Positions 40,822-54,193 are shown, counted from the whole stretch's first letter. The stretch is 63,182 nt of DNA, filler included, from Octopus bimaculoides (GCF_001194135.2; 5 parts of 4 records of this genome joined end to end with filler, not necessarily neighbours in it), one strand, 5' to 3'. Numbers and translations are program-made. Notes: generated from the letters alone by a model not told the origin.

Positions 40822-40979
40822 CGAGATCTGAGAAACTGCTTACATATGCATGCACCTATGCCACACACATTCCGTAAATACAAAAACTCCTTGAAAACCC
40901 GGAGTTCTTCAAATGAAGCCTCTTGCGATATTTGTTCTGTATCAAATCCCATATACTTCCTTGTTACTTTTGCTGCCAG
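40822..40979 (+). other. Candidate exon (RDLRNCLHMHAPMPHTFRKYKNSLKTRSSSNEASCDICSVSNPIYFLVTFAA)
   Basis: Strong T-rich acceptor (TTTTTTACAACAG), CAG|GTAGAC donor, open in phase 0. Confidence 0.35.
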
Positions 40980-41410
40980 GTAGACAATGAACCAATGGTT
41001 AACCCAATTCAAAGCTCCAACCCCAATGCTCTTGTCCACCAGTTGCAATATGAATTAATTGAAATTACAAGCTGTGCGGCCGTTCCAGGTATTCTGGACT
41101 AATTCAATGAGAAAATTAAAGCAATTAGTTCTAAATTAATTGTGTTAAGTGGTGGATAAGAGACAAGTTGCAGGAGTTCTTTGGTAGAATATCTTACCTG
41201 AAGAAAGACAATAGAGTTGGTGCCACTACCACAGACAGCATGAATGAAGAAACACCACCAAATAACTTAAAGGTTGTGGTGGTGGAAGAGGAAGGGGAGA
41301 GGGGGTGATGGTGAAGGGGAGGGTGGTGGTGGTGGTGGAGGAGAGGAAGATGGTGGTGGTGATGAAGACATGTTTTGAAGGACTTTTAACCAAAAACTGG
41401 AGCAACTGAA

Positions 41411-41748
41411 TCACAACTGGCTGGGGTGTAACTGGCCAGCTGTAGCAAATGGTTGGGGTGTAACAGGCCAGCTGTAGCAACTGGATGGGGTGTAACAGGC
41501 CAGCTGTAGCAACTGGCTGGGGTGTAACAGGCTAGCTGTAGCAACTGGCTGGGGTGTAACAGGCCAGCTGTAGCAACANNNNNNNNNNNNNNNNNNNNNN
41601 NNNNNNNNNNNNNNNNNNNNNNNNNNNNNNNNNNNGCCAGCTGTAGCAACTGGATGGGGTGTAACAGGCCAGCTGTAGCAACTGGCTGGGGTGTAACAGG
41701 CTAGCTGTAGCAACTGGCTGGGGTGTAACAGGCCAGCTGTAGCAACAG
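41411..41748. repeat. 32-bp minisatellite (CTGTAGCAACTGGCTGGGGTGTAACAGGCCAG), about 9-10 units with a gap
   Basis: Unit read directly; near-perfect copies. Confidence 0.95.
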
Positions 41749-42050
41749 GCACTTGGTGTAGGCTTCCATGTTGAGTCTGAAGCCATGTGGGAAAATGAAT
41801 GGTGGCATAAGGTCGCAGTTACTAGTGATCACTCCAAACACCATGATGCTGACTGAATGTTTGATTTTTATCACTCTTGGTACATTTCCTCAGATTGACA
41901 CCCAAACACTCTGAAATGTTCATATTAGAGCTTCTGGTGTAAATGCCGAGCAGTACATGTCGCTTCCTAATTTCTGGAAGAGTGAATTGCATTACGGTGC
42001 TGTTTTTCCCACAGACAGTGTCCAACTGACCCTACCATACTGTGTAGTCA
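41749..42050 (-). mobile_element. Internally deleted Tc1/mariner-superfamily element
   Basis: Minus strand: N-terminal MQFTLPEIRKRH..ISECLGVNLR fused directly to catalytic-region HSVSIMVFGVITSNCDLMPPFIFPHGFRLNMEAY. Confidence 0.7.
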
Positions 42051-42143
42051 ACAAAATCAAAAACAAACAATGCACATGCACGAAATTAAAAATATAAAAT
42101 GGCAACAATTTACCCATCGCACCACACACACACACACACACAC

Positions 42144-42243
42144 NNNNNNNNNNNNNNNNNNNNNNNNNNNNNNNNNNNNNNNNNNNNTTAATTAATTAAN
42201 NNNNNNNNNNNNNNNNNNNNNNNNNNNNNNNNNNNNNNNNNNN
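42144..42243. other. Synthetic scaffold join 44N-TTAATTAATTAA-44N
   Basis: Same 100-bp layout. Confidence 0.9.
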
Positions 42244-43659
42244 TATATATATATATGCAGAGGTATGTGTGTATGGTTAAGGTGGCATCTCACCTTGCAG
42301 CTACACATGGCTTCAGGTCCAATATGACAGAGTGTGGCACCTTAGACAAGAGTCTCTTTCTTGGATTTGAAAGAAAGAAACAGCAAAAGCCTGTCATACA
42401 TGTAACTGTCATAAGTAACTTCTATGCTGTAGTAGAGGCAACATGTTCTTTGTCTATCTCTTTAACTTCTTGGAGATTTTAGGTATTATTATACTAAAGT
42501 GTCCATCTGTTCTAATTTAATTAAATTCTATGTCTTTGTGCTGCTGAGGATTGCTCTGCATTTTAAATCGATGTAATGATTACATCGTTCAATTAAATGG
42601 ACTTGCATGAAACGATCGTACAGAATTACCTCTGGATATCCTTGTTGCTTATTTTGATACTAATCACCTCACTTTGAAATTGTATGGATAATACCGTACT
42701 TAATTCTGGTGCCTCAACTTAAGTACCATATTCACCCGAATCTAAATTTTTGCTGAACTCATCTACCAAACCCTAAGTATATATAAATATATTGAATTTG
42801 ATTAGAGGTTATGTTAACCTCATGAAAGGATGGTTTCATCCAAGGAAATACTGGTTCAATACCTAATATTTTGAGGGAATTAATCTCCTTAAAATAAAAG
42901 GTATAAAAACATATAGTTTATAAAAGAAGAAAAAGAAAATGGAGATTGAGAAGTTGATAATTGCTTATTATTAATAGCAAATTAATCATCATCCCTTACA
43001 GCTGTTTCAATTAATACTCAGTAAATATTAAATTTATATTCAGTCTGCTAAAATGAGTCCATAAACACATATAAAACATCCAAGGGTATATATTTTTTCC
43101 CTCTGAATATATTATGTTCAGGTCATATAAATTTAATATTTATTTAATATTTACTGAATGTTAATCAAACCGACAGTAAGGGATGAGGATTAATTTGCTG
43201 TTAATAATAAACAATTATTAACTTCCCAATCTCCATTGTCTTTATATATATATATATATAAAAATATATATATATATACATACATACACACACACATGTG
43301 TATTTTGGGTTTTAAAACATGGAAAAGAGAATTCTGTGTATAAAAACAGAACATATTTTAACAAATGTAATTGCTTCAGGAGTGAGTCAAATATCTAGAA
43401 TTTCATGGTTTGGTATATACATATATGTGTTCATACTTTAGTAATTATACCAGTAAATAAATTGTAGAATTCATGGCTGTTTAAAGAGTTGACAAGCATC
43501 TATTGAGAATGAAATGCCCTAGATACAAATACAAAACTATAGAACAGATGAATTTGCAAAATGTACAAGTATAAGATCCCAACTACATACAGGTAAGTAG
43601 AAAGGTACTAGACATGTATATATATATAAATGGTGAAGACATGATCACCATAAATCATG

Positions 43660-44450
43660 AGACCATCAAGTAGGAAATGCTGGACTCTGTTGTTTCAGCA
43701 AGACACAACTGTACAGTGTAGAAGTGTGGGGAAAATGACCATCACCCTATGGCCACCTGTCTGCAGGGTCAAAACTGAAGCCTTCCAGTAGCACCTTCAA
43801 CATATTCCACTCACCTCTTTCCCTATCGCCACTGGACTTATGAAGAAACTGTGATGGAGTTTGTTGAACAACCTATACAAGAAATATTGTAGTGCAGAGC
43901 CCGTCCCACTCTCTCGTCCTTCAAACTTGTATTGGTCTGGTACAGCAACAGGTGCCACAAGCCCAGTGGTTATCAAGATGCAGGATTTCTATGGAGGGAC
44001 CTTCTCTTTGATGAGCAACTAAAGAGCTGAAGGGCCGCATCTGTCCTGGGTCTGTTGAGGGAGGGGGGGTCTCTGAGTGACCTTCTTCCATAGCTAATTC
44101 TATGGCATGCTAATTAACTCATAGCTGAGATTCTGACAGGTGCTACTGCTCCCAGGTCAGAGGAGACCTGGGAGCAATAGGGGGCTAAGGGGTGGTTCCT
44201 CACTCCCCAAAACCCTGGAACTCCAAAACCAGGGCCCCACAACTACTGGATGCAACTTAAAGCCATACACAGGACATCAACAGAGTCACTCAAATACAGG
44301 TCACACCTTCTGTGTCTGAGCAAAGAGCAAACTGGATTTATCAGACCAGTATTTCCATTTCGGTTCTGCAATGCTGAAGACTGACATCCGATGCCGTCAG
44401 TAATTCCATGCAAAGCAGCAGAAGAGAGGAATTCCCTCACCATGAAACAT
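43660..44450 (+). mobile_element. Possible highly degraded non-LTR retrotransposon (gag-knuckle-like and C-terminal Zn-finger-like remnants)
   Basis: Frame-broken KCW.., KCGENDHHPMATC and RFCNAED..IPCKAAEER; GC-richer than the flanks. Confidence 0.3.
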
Positions 44451-46502
44451 ACGCTGCATTTAATCAGCTCTGGCTTCTACTAACACCTGTGCGCTTACTT
44501 CCCTTCAGGTAATTCTCAGGTGTCTTTTAATAAACATGTACAAGAATTTTGTTTAATGACAGAGGGTGTGGGTGTGCATGTAACGTTGTGTGTTCATGCA
44601 GGCATGCATTCATGCAACATGTGTGTGTGTGTGTGCGTGTATGTGTGTGCATGTATGTATACAGGTGTGAGTGTGTGTTTCTGTGTGTGCAACATAAGGA
44701 AAGTGCTGAAATTAATCCTGTAAGAATAATCATCTTTACAAAGAGGAATCTATCTATAAAAGAGAGCTTTCTAATCGATTTAATAAAAAAATGTTTAAAA
44801 AGAAAAAAATAGGTGCTTTGTTATTCTGAAACCATAAAAACAACTGAACCAGAATGAAAGAAATTCATCAAACAAGAAAAAAACATCAAACAGAATAAAT
44901 ATTGAATTAATGAAAATGCTTAAAATTATATTTAATGATGGGAGTTATCATGGAGAATTGTACCTTACAGGACTAAAGAACAACAACAACAACAACAACC
45001 AGGTTTTAGGGACTGAACCAACATCTTTTGGGCCCAAATAACATTTTATGAAGCTAAACAACGAAAACTACATCTTTTCGGATGAGAAACTAACAACTAC
45101 ACCTTTGGTGCTTCACCAACAACCACCAGACTCTTTATGAAGCCAAACAACAACAACAAATATACTTTTTCTGGCTAAAGAGCATTTCTTCCTCTTTTTT
45201 GGTAATAGGAGGGGGGGAATAAATAACAACAACAACAACAACAAATTTTCTATGGGAAATTTCAAAACAAGCTTCACAGAGCCATACAAGAGTTTAAGAA
45301 ATATTTAGTTTTATATCAGAGAATGATAGAAGTGAACCTCAAAGACCACGAAAATAAACCTAGAAAAATAACCTACAATGACAGAATAATTATTGTGGTT
45401 AAGTTCGTTTCCTAACCACACAGTCTCAGGTTCAGTCCCAATGTATGGTACATTGGTTTTTTTTATGATAGCCCCAGGCCCATCAAAAGCTTGAGCATAT
45501 AATTTGGCTGAGGGAAACTGAAAGAAGCCCTTCATATATCATTAGCATTTAATATCCATGTCCCAAGCTGACACGGGTTGAACAGTTTGAAATGATCTGA
45601 TGAGCTACAGGACTGCATCAAGCTCCAATGTCTGCTTTGGCATCGTTTCCATGGCTGGATGTAAAGAATGAGCTGGGTGCTTTTTATGTGGCACCAGCAC
45701 TAGTGAGGTCACCAAGTAATTCAGAAGACAAAGAAAGGAAAAATCTTCATCAAGTGAATAGGAGAGGCGCCCTTGTGCCAGGAAGTTGAAAGGTCAAAGT
45801 ATGATGAGCTATACAGGAGAAACATGGTTTCCCTGCAAACTCTCAAGAGACAAGAAGGTGAGTAAAAGAATATGGACAGTGGACTAGGGGGAGTGGGAGG
45901 GGCATGTAATTTGATGAGAGGGTGGGAGGAAAGTAACCAATAGTTGGCGATGGGTGTAAGGATGAATGCAGTGATCACACACACACACACACACGTATAT
46001 ATCCATATATTGCTGTTTCCCCAACCTGACATCAAGTGGCAGTCGCAAATGAGTGTCACCATCTTACAAGAAGTATCCTTTGTTTCTAATCTTGCATGAA
46101 AACACAGCTGGCCATGAAGGAAATATTAAATCTCTCGGAACTGAGTGAGTTTTAAATAGCAGAAAGGATATCAGGCCAAAGAAAATCCACCTCGGGGATT
46201 CAATCCATTCAATCCATGCAAGCATGGAAAAGTGGTCGTTGAAATGACGACGATGGTGATGAAATAATTGATTTGAAGCAAGAGTAAATTAGTTCACTGA
46301 AGGCATGTTCATACAGACCAATTAAAACGAACTTCCAAGCTAATTAATTCACCCCAGTGAATTACTACCAGACTAATTAATAACAGAGTCCATCAGACAA
46401 ATTACTTCACCCATTTTCTCCTTCCCAAAACAATTTCCTACAGCCATTGACCTTCACACATTCAAGCAGAATGTCAATGACTGAAATTCCTCAATGGTAA
46501 AG

Positions 46503-46925
46503 CAGGATATAGAATGGTAGATCGGTGGTCGACGAAGATATGGAATGGGAGATCAATGATAAAACAGGATATGCAACGACAGACTGATGGAAGAACAGGA
46601 TATGGAATAGGAGATTGATGGTAGAAGAGGATATGGAATGGTAATCTATGGTAGAAAAGGAAACACAATAGTTGATCGATGGTAGAACAAGATATGCAAT
46701 GCTTAATTGATTGTATAGGAAGATATGGAATGGCAAGATGATAGTAGAATGAGATACACAATGGTAGATCAGTCATGGTAGAATAGGATATGGAATGGGA
46801 GATTGATGGTAGAGGAAAATATGGAATGGCCAGTCAATAATAGTAGTAAATGTGGAATGGTAGATTGAAGGTAGAACAGTATACAAAACAATGCCAGGCT
46901 GATTGTTGTTGCAGAATATGGAATG
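46503..46925. repeat. Degenerate minisatellite, about 31-bp unit (GGATATGGAATGGTAGATCGATGGTAGAACA), about 13-14 units
   Basis: GATATGGAATGG recurs at about 31-bp spacing. Confidence 0.85.
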
Positions 46926-46992
46926 GTAAAGCAGTGAAAAAGTTAAATGATAGGCACTTCTGGGATTTGCATTCCTGCAAATTTTGAAATAG

Positions 46993-47079
46993 CAGCTCAC
47001 AGTTTCACCTTCAATAAAAGACACGACCCTTCCATCAGAACCAGCAAATATTGAGAACCAAATACAAAGTGTTCATTCT
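46993..47079 (+). other. Candidate 87-nt symmetric exon (QLTVSPSIKDTTLPSEPANIENQIQSVHS)
   Basis: TAG/CAG tandem acceptor, TCT|GTGAGT donor. Only phase 0 is open. Confidence 0.4.
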
Positions 47080-48065
47080 GTGAGTTATAGTTCCACTTGA
47101 GTAACCAAATTCTTTAACAGAAACAGAAGCTTTTCTATAGACAGGAATACTTTCAATATATCTTACATAAAGACTCCTTAGATCGTTGGTTCAATGGTTC
47201 TATAAAAATGACCAATAATGGCTAAGTACCAATATGGAGCCATTATTTGAACTGACATCTCAATGCCAAGAAGAACGATATAGTAAATTGTTGTTGTTTT
47301 TTAATCATAAATATAATAAAGAATAGATAATTAAACCATAATTAACTGTGCAGACAAAAGAAAAACGTAAACAATATTAGTTGGCAAACAAATACAAAAC
47401 TTTTCAGAGAACTCTAGCCTTGCATGCTGGGATTCCCAAACTGGGTTTAGGTCATGGAAAAGGGTTCAGTGAAAATGCTTAATCTATCAACACAACTATG
47501 GAAACAAAATGGCATGGTGCTCGAATGCAAGACTAAGGTGTGGTTACCAAGTTGATCTGGAAATATCTTTTTGTAAAAGTGGCAAAAAGTTGACTTTCTG
47601 TTCCAATCTACAAAGATAAGGGTTGAAAAAAATACAACATAAGTGAAACATTTCATAAATCTACAAGTTGATTATGGATATGGAGTTAATATTCTTGGAA
47701 ATGAATTCAAATAAAAGTGAAAGTTTGCATTGTGAAGTATAATTGGATGTTTTGGATCAAAACAAACATGACTATTTAAAGATTGTCTTATCGATAAAGG
47801 TTTAAGGGGGCTTTTATGAATAAAAGAATCATATTCTAAGTAGAGGGTATTTGCCCTCGATTACCAAAATACTGGATGGAAAACATTAACTGTAACCTGG
47901 AACTGAAAAAGTTTAACATTATAGTTGACTGTTACAAGACTTATAAGGCTGAAAAAAAGGGGGAAAAAAGGGGGGAATATACAACCATCTGAAAAGTGTC
48001 CACAGGAAACAGCAAATGTAAAATTTTGCAATGGCCCGGCTCTTTGTCAGTTACGATGAATGTTT

Positions 48066-48209
48066 CAATTGATTCAATCAGCAGAATTAGCCTGTTCATG
48101 AAATTAATGGGCAAGTGGCTGTGTATTCCACAGACACATATACCCTTAACATAGTTCTCAAGGGGACTCAGCATGACACAATGTGACAAGGCTGGCCCTT
48201 TGGAATTCA
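48066..48209 (-). mobile_element. SINE family C fragment, CpG-depleted
   Basis: GCAAGTGGCTGTGTATTCCACAGACACATATACCCTTAACATAGTTCTC. Confidence 0.8.
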
Positions 48210-49084
48210 AAATTTTGCAATAGCAGTATTAATAAGATTGAACTAAAATCTTGGATGACCAGTTAAGGGAATAATGGCTCACTGACTGTCTCTCTGCTGT
48301 CTCCTTGGAAATTAGATTAAACCCTCTGTGGCTTAGTATAGGGGCATCAACCTGTGGTGAATGACAGTTGTCAGTTCAATTTTATATTTTAAAAAGAAAT
48401 ATCACTTTTGAAATATACTGTAAAATATATATGTCACCAGCACACATTCAGAATTGGTGCTTGACGAGAGTTTTGAGTAAAATTGATTCTAATTGGTCAA
48501 ACCAATGCCCCCTCAGACTATATTTTATGTTCTCAACCAATGAAAAAGAATTTTATGAATCCGTCTACTAAAACAGGTTATATATATTTCCCTTCTACTT
48601 TGTCTATAGACACTGAACCAAATGGAAGTTCTTATTTTTTACTTCCAAATTTACGTTTTTCAGCTGAATGGATTGTAGAGATATTCTAGAGCAACACTGA
48701 AAGATGTGTTGCAGCAGAAAAAGTACAAAATTTCTTTTAAGCATTACTCTTCTCAAGAACTGCATTCATTCATTTAGACAATTTCTATCTCTGTTCTCAC
48801 CCTAAGGACACTTATTTAATAGAACAGCATGTGTATGTGTGTGTGTGTGTATAAGAATTCGCTACATGGAATTTTTTTCTTGAAGCCTTTCACTATATAT
48901 ATATACAGAAGGATATGCTTAGAAACGATTATCTCCCCCTGGGTAGCAACTCTCTTTAGTTCCCTATCTTTCACATTATATACAACTTCCTGCAACACAA
49001 CCATATATATATATATATATATATTACATTTATGTATTTGTTTTGCAAGATTCTTGATGTGAACTTGTGTGTTGAAACAGATAT

Positions 49085-49202
49085 TGTTGTATTTGGGGAT
49101 GGCCATGTTGCCAGTTTAGCCAATGAAAGCAAACACCGAATAAATAGTGTGTGTATGCTTTCATTGGCTAAACTGGCAACATGGCCATCCCCAAATACAA
49201 CA
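49085..49202. repeat. Perfect 47-bp inverted repeat with 24-nt spacer
   Basis: 49085-49131 is the exact reverse complement of 49156-49202. Confidence 0.95.
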
Positions 49203-49237
49203 CTATGTATGTATGTGTGTGTACATATATATATATA

Positions 49238-50040
49238 TGTAGTGAAACTAACACCTCGATCGCCATTGTATACAAAGAAGCCATCTTCTCTTGCTGTTAT
49301 AAATATATAAACAAGCGCGGGCGTAGTGGAAAACATATTTCCCTGTCATCACGTGACTGATTATTATTTGAAGCGGCGACTGCTTCGAACCGTTCCCGCC
49401 AGAACGCAAACTGACCAATCGTGGCCCCTAATAAAGTCACGTGATAGAGTATTTTTCTGATGCCTTGGGGAGCCTACCATCAACTATAAATAGACCAAAT
49501 TATACCCAGCAAATTTGTCTCGGTTCAGATCTCTTAGAGACCTGTTCCGTGTACCACACAGATCAGCAGCAGCAGTTCCAGCGACTACATCAACAGCATC
49601 ACCAGCTACGACTACCACCGACATCGCCATCAGCAACACGACTATGACTACTAACCAGCATCATCGCCAACCTAGTCAACACGACTTTCTATGTACACCA
49701 ATAACCAAACTACTGCGGCACATCTCTCTCTCTTCGATTCCGTTTGTGTGATTCATCTTCACCACGAAATAACAGCCAAGAGTTCAGCCTGCGACGAACA
49801 TCTGTATAACAAGAACCCGGCCCGGCATGGAAGCCACAACATCACAACTAGTGATCGCTCTGCCACATACACGCCTCAACTTCTTTCATATACAGACTCT
49901 TCCTATTGTGTACTCTAAGAACTGGTATAAATGCTCACACGTGTTACTGACTCTTTTTATCTGCTGTAATATCACGCATACACATACATGTATCACTTAC
50001 ACACTCTTTTCTTTATACGACGGCCTGTCTTTTATTATGT
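49238..50040 (+). mobile_element. LTR-like element copy 1 (3' end lost in gap), inserted in a TA microsatellite
   Basis: Starts TGTAGTGAAA and is colinear with 57345-58375. Confidence 0.65.
49349..49492 (+). promoter_or_regulatory. Pol II promoter-like motif cluster within the LTR-like element
   Basis: TCACGTGA 49349-49356, CCAAT 49415-49419, GTCACGTGA 49436-49444, TATAAATA 49485-49492. Motif match only. Confidence 0.45.
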
Positions 50041-50687
50041 NNNNNNNNNNNNNNNNNNNNNNNNNNNNNNNNNNNNNNNNNNNNNNNNNNNNNNNNNNNN
50101 NNNNNNNNNNNNNNNNNNNNNNNNNNNNNNNNNNNNNNNNNNNNNNNNNNNNNNNNNNNNNNNNNNNNNNNNNNNNNNNNNNNNNNNNNNNNNNNNNNNN
50201 NNNNNNNNNNNNNNNNNNNNNNNNNNNNNNNNNNNNNNNNNNNNNNNNNNNNNNNNNNNNNNNNNNNNNNNNNNNNNNNNNNNNNNNNNNNNNNNNNNNN
50301 NNNNNNNNNNNNNNNNNNNNNNNNNNNNNNNNNNNNNNNNNNNNNNNNNNNNNNNNNNNNNNNNNNNNNNNNNNNNNNNNNNNNNNNNNNNNNNNNNNNN
50401 NNNNNNNNNNNNNNNNNNNNNNNNNNNNNNNNNNNNNNNNNNNNNNNNNNNNNNNNNNNNNNNNNNNNNNNNNNNNNNNNNNNNNNNNNNNNNNNNNNNN
50501 NNNNNNNNNNNNNNNNNNNNNNNNNNNNNNNNNNNNNNNNNNNNNNNNNNNNNNNNNNNNNNNNNNNNNNNNNNNNNNNNNNNNNNNNNNNNNNNNNNNN
50601 ATATATATAGTGAAAATACATTTCTTCAAAAGGAGATTCTACCAGTTAATATAAGGATATATATAAGATTCACTTGTTCATAAGAAC

Positions 50688-50725
<38 letters not shown>

Positions 50726-50727
<2 letters not shown>

Positions 50728-50890
50728 ATTTTGCTACTTGTTTCAGTCATTTCACTGCAGCACCACCTTAAAGGACTTTTTAGTTGAAGAAATCAACCCC
50801 AGGACTTATTCATTGTAAGCCTGGTACTTATTCTATTGGACTCTTTTGCTGAACCACTAAGTTACAGGAATGTAAGTACACCAACATTAT
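50726..50890 (-). mobile_element. SINE family A 3' fragment
   Basis: CTTGTTTCAGTCATTT...CCCCAGGACTTATTC-TTGTAAGCCTGGTACTTATTCTAT. Confidence 0.82.
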
Positions 50891-52074
50891 TATTGAAAAC
50901 AATTTCATTCAGTCCTATGCAAATGAAAGTTTTGTTACAGAAACAATTCAGTTCGTCTCAGAGACACTGAATAAACAAGAATCCTGATGTTTTATTCAAA
51001 GAGAGAAAATTTAAAACCTAATGGGCCTCACAATATTCATCAACACAAAATCTCCCAACCCCACCTAGTTTTCCTTGGTCTTGAGTTATATTTACATTTT
51101 ATAGTTTAGTTAGCTAATAACAATATGAAAAAAAAAAAAAAACAAATGTCCTTAGTTCAATAAATTTGTTTCACTGTTTCCCTCTCAGCTTCTCTTTAAG
51201 AACGGAAACTCAAGAAAAGGGGACACAATTCAAAGCTGTGAACAAAAAAGATTTCACTTTTTCATTTTTTACCAGAAAATTTGTCATTAACAACATTCCT
51301 GCCAAATCAAATTTTAAAGATTTCTCAAATGTAATATTCATTGTCATAAAAAGCTGCTTTTATTAAATAGTTGTTAAAAAACAAAAATAGTACATATTAA
51401 ATCAGAGAAAGAACAAACATTGATAAAAACAAAAAACCTGGCATTTTTAGGATTATATATATATGTGTGTGTGTGTGTGTATAATCCATACCAGCTTGGA
51501 AAATGAATGTTAAATGATGATGATGATGATGACACCAGTTGCAATGAGATCACAAAGTAACTTATATATTGAAAAGTTTTTTTCAAAAAGTATTACTATG
51601 CAGTCACAGTATTTAAAAGAAAGATTTTCTTAAAACTTTATTTTAAAAATATTTTTAGAAACAAAATGTCACCAATGTTTGAGGAAGAAATATTCACATT
51701 GAGTGTATTAGGTGAGGAAGCACTTTTGGTGTTCAAAAAGTTGAATAATAGACACAATATAAACACTTCTTTCCAAAAGATTCCTGACATTCTGATTTTT
51801 AAACAATAACTTTTAAGAAAATTTATATACATATATACATCTAAATACATATACATCATCATCATCATCATCATCGTTTAACGTCCGCTTTCCATGCTAG
51901 CATGGGTTGGACATACATCTAAATACACATACACCACATCAACAAATTCCATCAAACCTATAAAGCATGGAAAAGGGAATTTTAATCAATGATGATGATT
52001 ATACACCCATACACACACATATACACTTGTATATATACATCTGGATAATCTTGATACATGTTAAGGGCTCAGGC

Positions 52075-52221
52075 ATGATTGTATGGAAGGGCAACCTGCT
52101 TCACAACCATGTGGCTTTAAGTTCTGTGCCACTGCATGCCATTCTGTGCCACCTGAGATTAGCCCCAGGCCAACCGATACCTTGTGAGTGAATTTGGTAA
52201 AAGAAAACTATAGGAAGCCAA

Positions 52222-52225
<4 letters not shown>
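52075..52225 (+). mobile_element. SINE family A 5' fragment, diverged
   Basis: GCCCCAGGCCAACCGATACCTTGTGAGTGAATTTGGTA. Confidence 0.7.
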
Positions 52226-52273
<48 letters not shown>

Positions 52274-52291
52274 ATACACATATACATGCGT

Positions 52292-52330
<39 letters not shown>

Positions 52331-53114
52331 AAGCCAACATGTCATGTCTCACCCCACCGTCTACTGTATCATCATTACACTCCTGCTACCCTCCCCCACC
52401 CAGTCCCTTCTGCATCCCACTACCTTCCCCAACCTGTTCATCACTGATCAACCCCTGCCAACACTTCCAGCCCTACCCAATCTTTTCAATTGTTGCCTAC
52501 CTTCACCCATTTCCCCCTTTTATTCTTGAAAATCCCCCACTCACTTCTACCCACCTCATACCTTCAGGGGCCACCTGGACTCCTTAGCACCACTATCTCT
52601 TTGCAGCTCCACCTGATCATTCTCACCCTCTTTTCTAAATCTGAGTAACCCCTCCCAAAGAAGAAACCTGCTCTGCCCCCTTTTTACATACTGTGAGCCC
52701 TTTATCTCCTAGCATAAAGCCATCACCATCCTGTCTCAGAGTTCATAGTCTTGCATGCTACAAGGTAGCTTCACTAGTGCTGGTGCCACATAAAATGCAC
52801 CCAGTCCACACTCTATAAAGTGGTTGGCATTAGGAAGGGCAGCCAGTCACAGAAACCATACCAAAGCAGCAGACACTAGAGAATGATGCAGTCTTTGGAA
52901 CCATCCAATGCATGCCGGCACAAAACATGGATATTTAATAACACACACATGCGCGTGCATGTGTGTGTTTATGTGCACACGCAAAAGTGCATGGATGTTG
53001 ACATTCCTTGTTGATATCAGGAGTGATCACTCTGTAGAATAAAAAATAAAGTTCCCTTCCAACCCATACTAGCATGGAAAAATGGTTATTAAATAAACGA
53101 ATGAATAAATATTA

Positions 53115-53330
53115 AGTAGTTTGCTTCTAAACTACATGGTTCTGGGTTCAGTTCCGCTGCACGTCACCATGACCAAATGTCTTCTACTCTAGTCCTGGGC
53201 TGTTCAATGCATTCTGAGTGAAGCTAATAGATAGAAGCTGAAAGAAGCCCATTGTATATCTGTGTTTGTGTGACCCCTTGTCTTGACATTGCATCATAGT
53301 TGTAAACAAATATCCCAGTCATACAAGCAG
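53115..53330 (+). mobile_element. SINE family A, diverged
   Basis: CATGGTTCTGGGTTCAGTTCC...GCTGAAAGAAGCCC. Confidence 0.72.
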
Positions 53331-54193
53331 TGTTGTTCATTTCCAGTCGTTTGTGGAAAAACAGTACTTGTTACTTTATTTGTGAACAATGTTGATGACA
53401 AGAAAGGTACTCAGCCTTAGAAAGTCTGCTTCAGTGAATTGCCTTACTCATGGAAGTGTAGAAAAGTGGAAGTTACAAGGAGGATGATACACCCACACAA
53501 ACATCTCTTGTGCTGTATTCATATGAAAAATAAGCCGAAAGGTTGTCAAATCCATAATCTCACTGATGCCATTACCAAGATCTGCAGCATGGATGGGTTT
53601 TGTGTGGAAAACATTTTATATCAAAGATGCAATTCAAAAGTTACTTACTTAGTTCCGACTTTGACAGCTTGTGATACACATCGGTCTCCACATAACATTT
53701 TGTAATACTGCAAATAAAAACACAAATAACCTGCAATAAACATCAGGAATTCCTGAGATAATCTCATTTCTAACCAAATCTACAGCCATCACACACAAGT
53801 GATTTGGTAACATTTACCAAAATTCTGTTGTTTTCATAGAGTCAGAAAGCAAATGTGTGTGACATTTTGGTTAGGATTTTACATTTACAAATGCAAGATC
53901 TTGGCTTGAATTCTTAGACGGAGTACAGGGCTGTGTTCTTAAGCATCCCATGCTGCTCCAGCTCCCCACCCTGTGATGGACTGGCACCTTGCTCAAGAGG
54001 ATTGTTGTGATCTGAATCGCTTATATGCCATGGAAACTTGGCAAGTGGTCCAGGACTCAAACCAGAAATGTCCAAGAGTCAATGAGATGAGTCAGGAAAA
54101 ATATATTGATGTCTTTTTGAATCTCCCCACCCTTTATCCAGTGGAGCATCAAGAATTAGACAAGTGGAGAGAGAAAGAGAACCAACAACTGGG

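Noticed and set aside
40707-41048. Minus-strand 113-aa ORF with SFEELR (Helitron-like)
   Set aside because: A single short motif with no other Rep/helicase signatures; part of the ORF lies in a SINE and a poly-T tract.
41411-41748. 32-bp repeats as a CRISPR array
   Set aside because: Units are head-to-tail with no unique spacers, there are no cas genes, and the context is eukaryotic.
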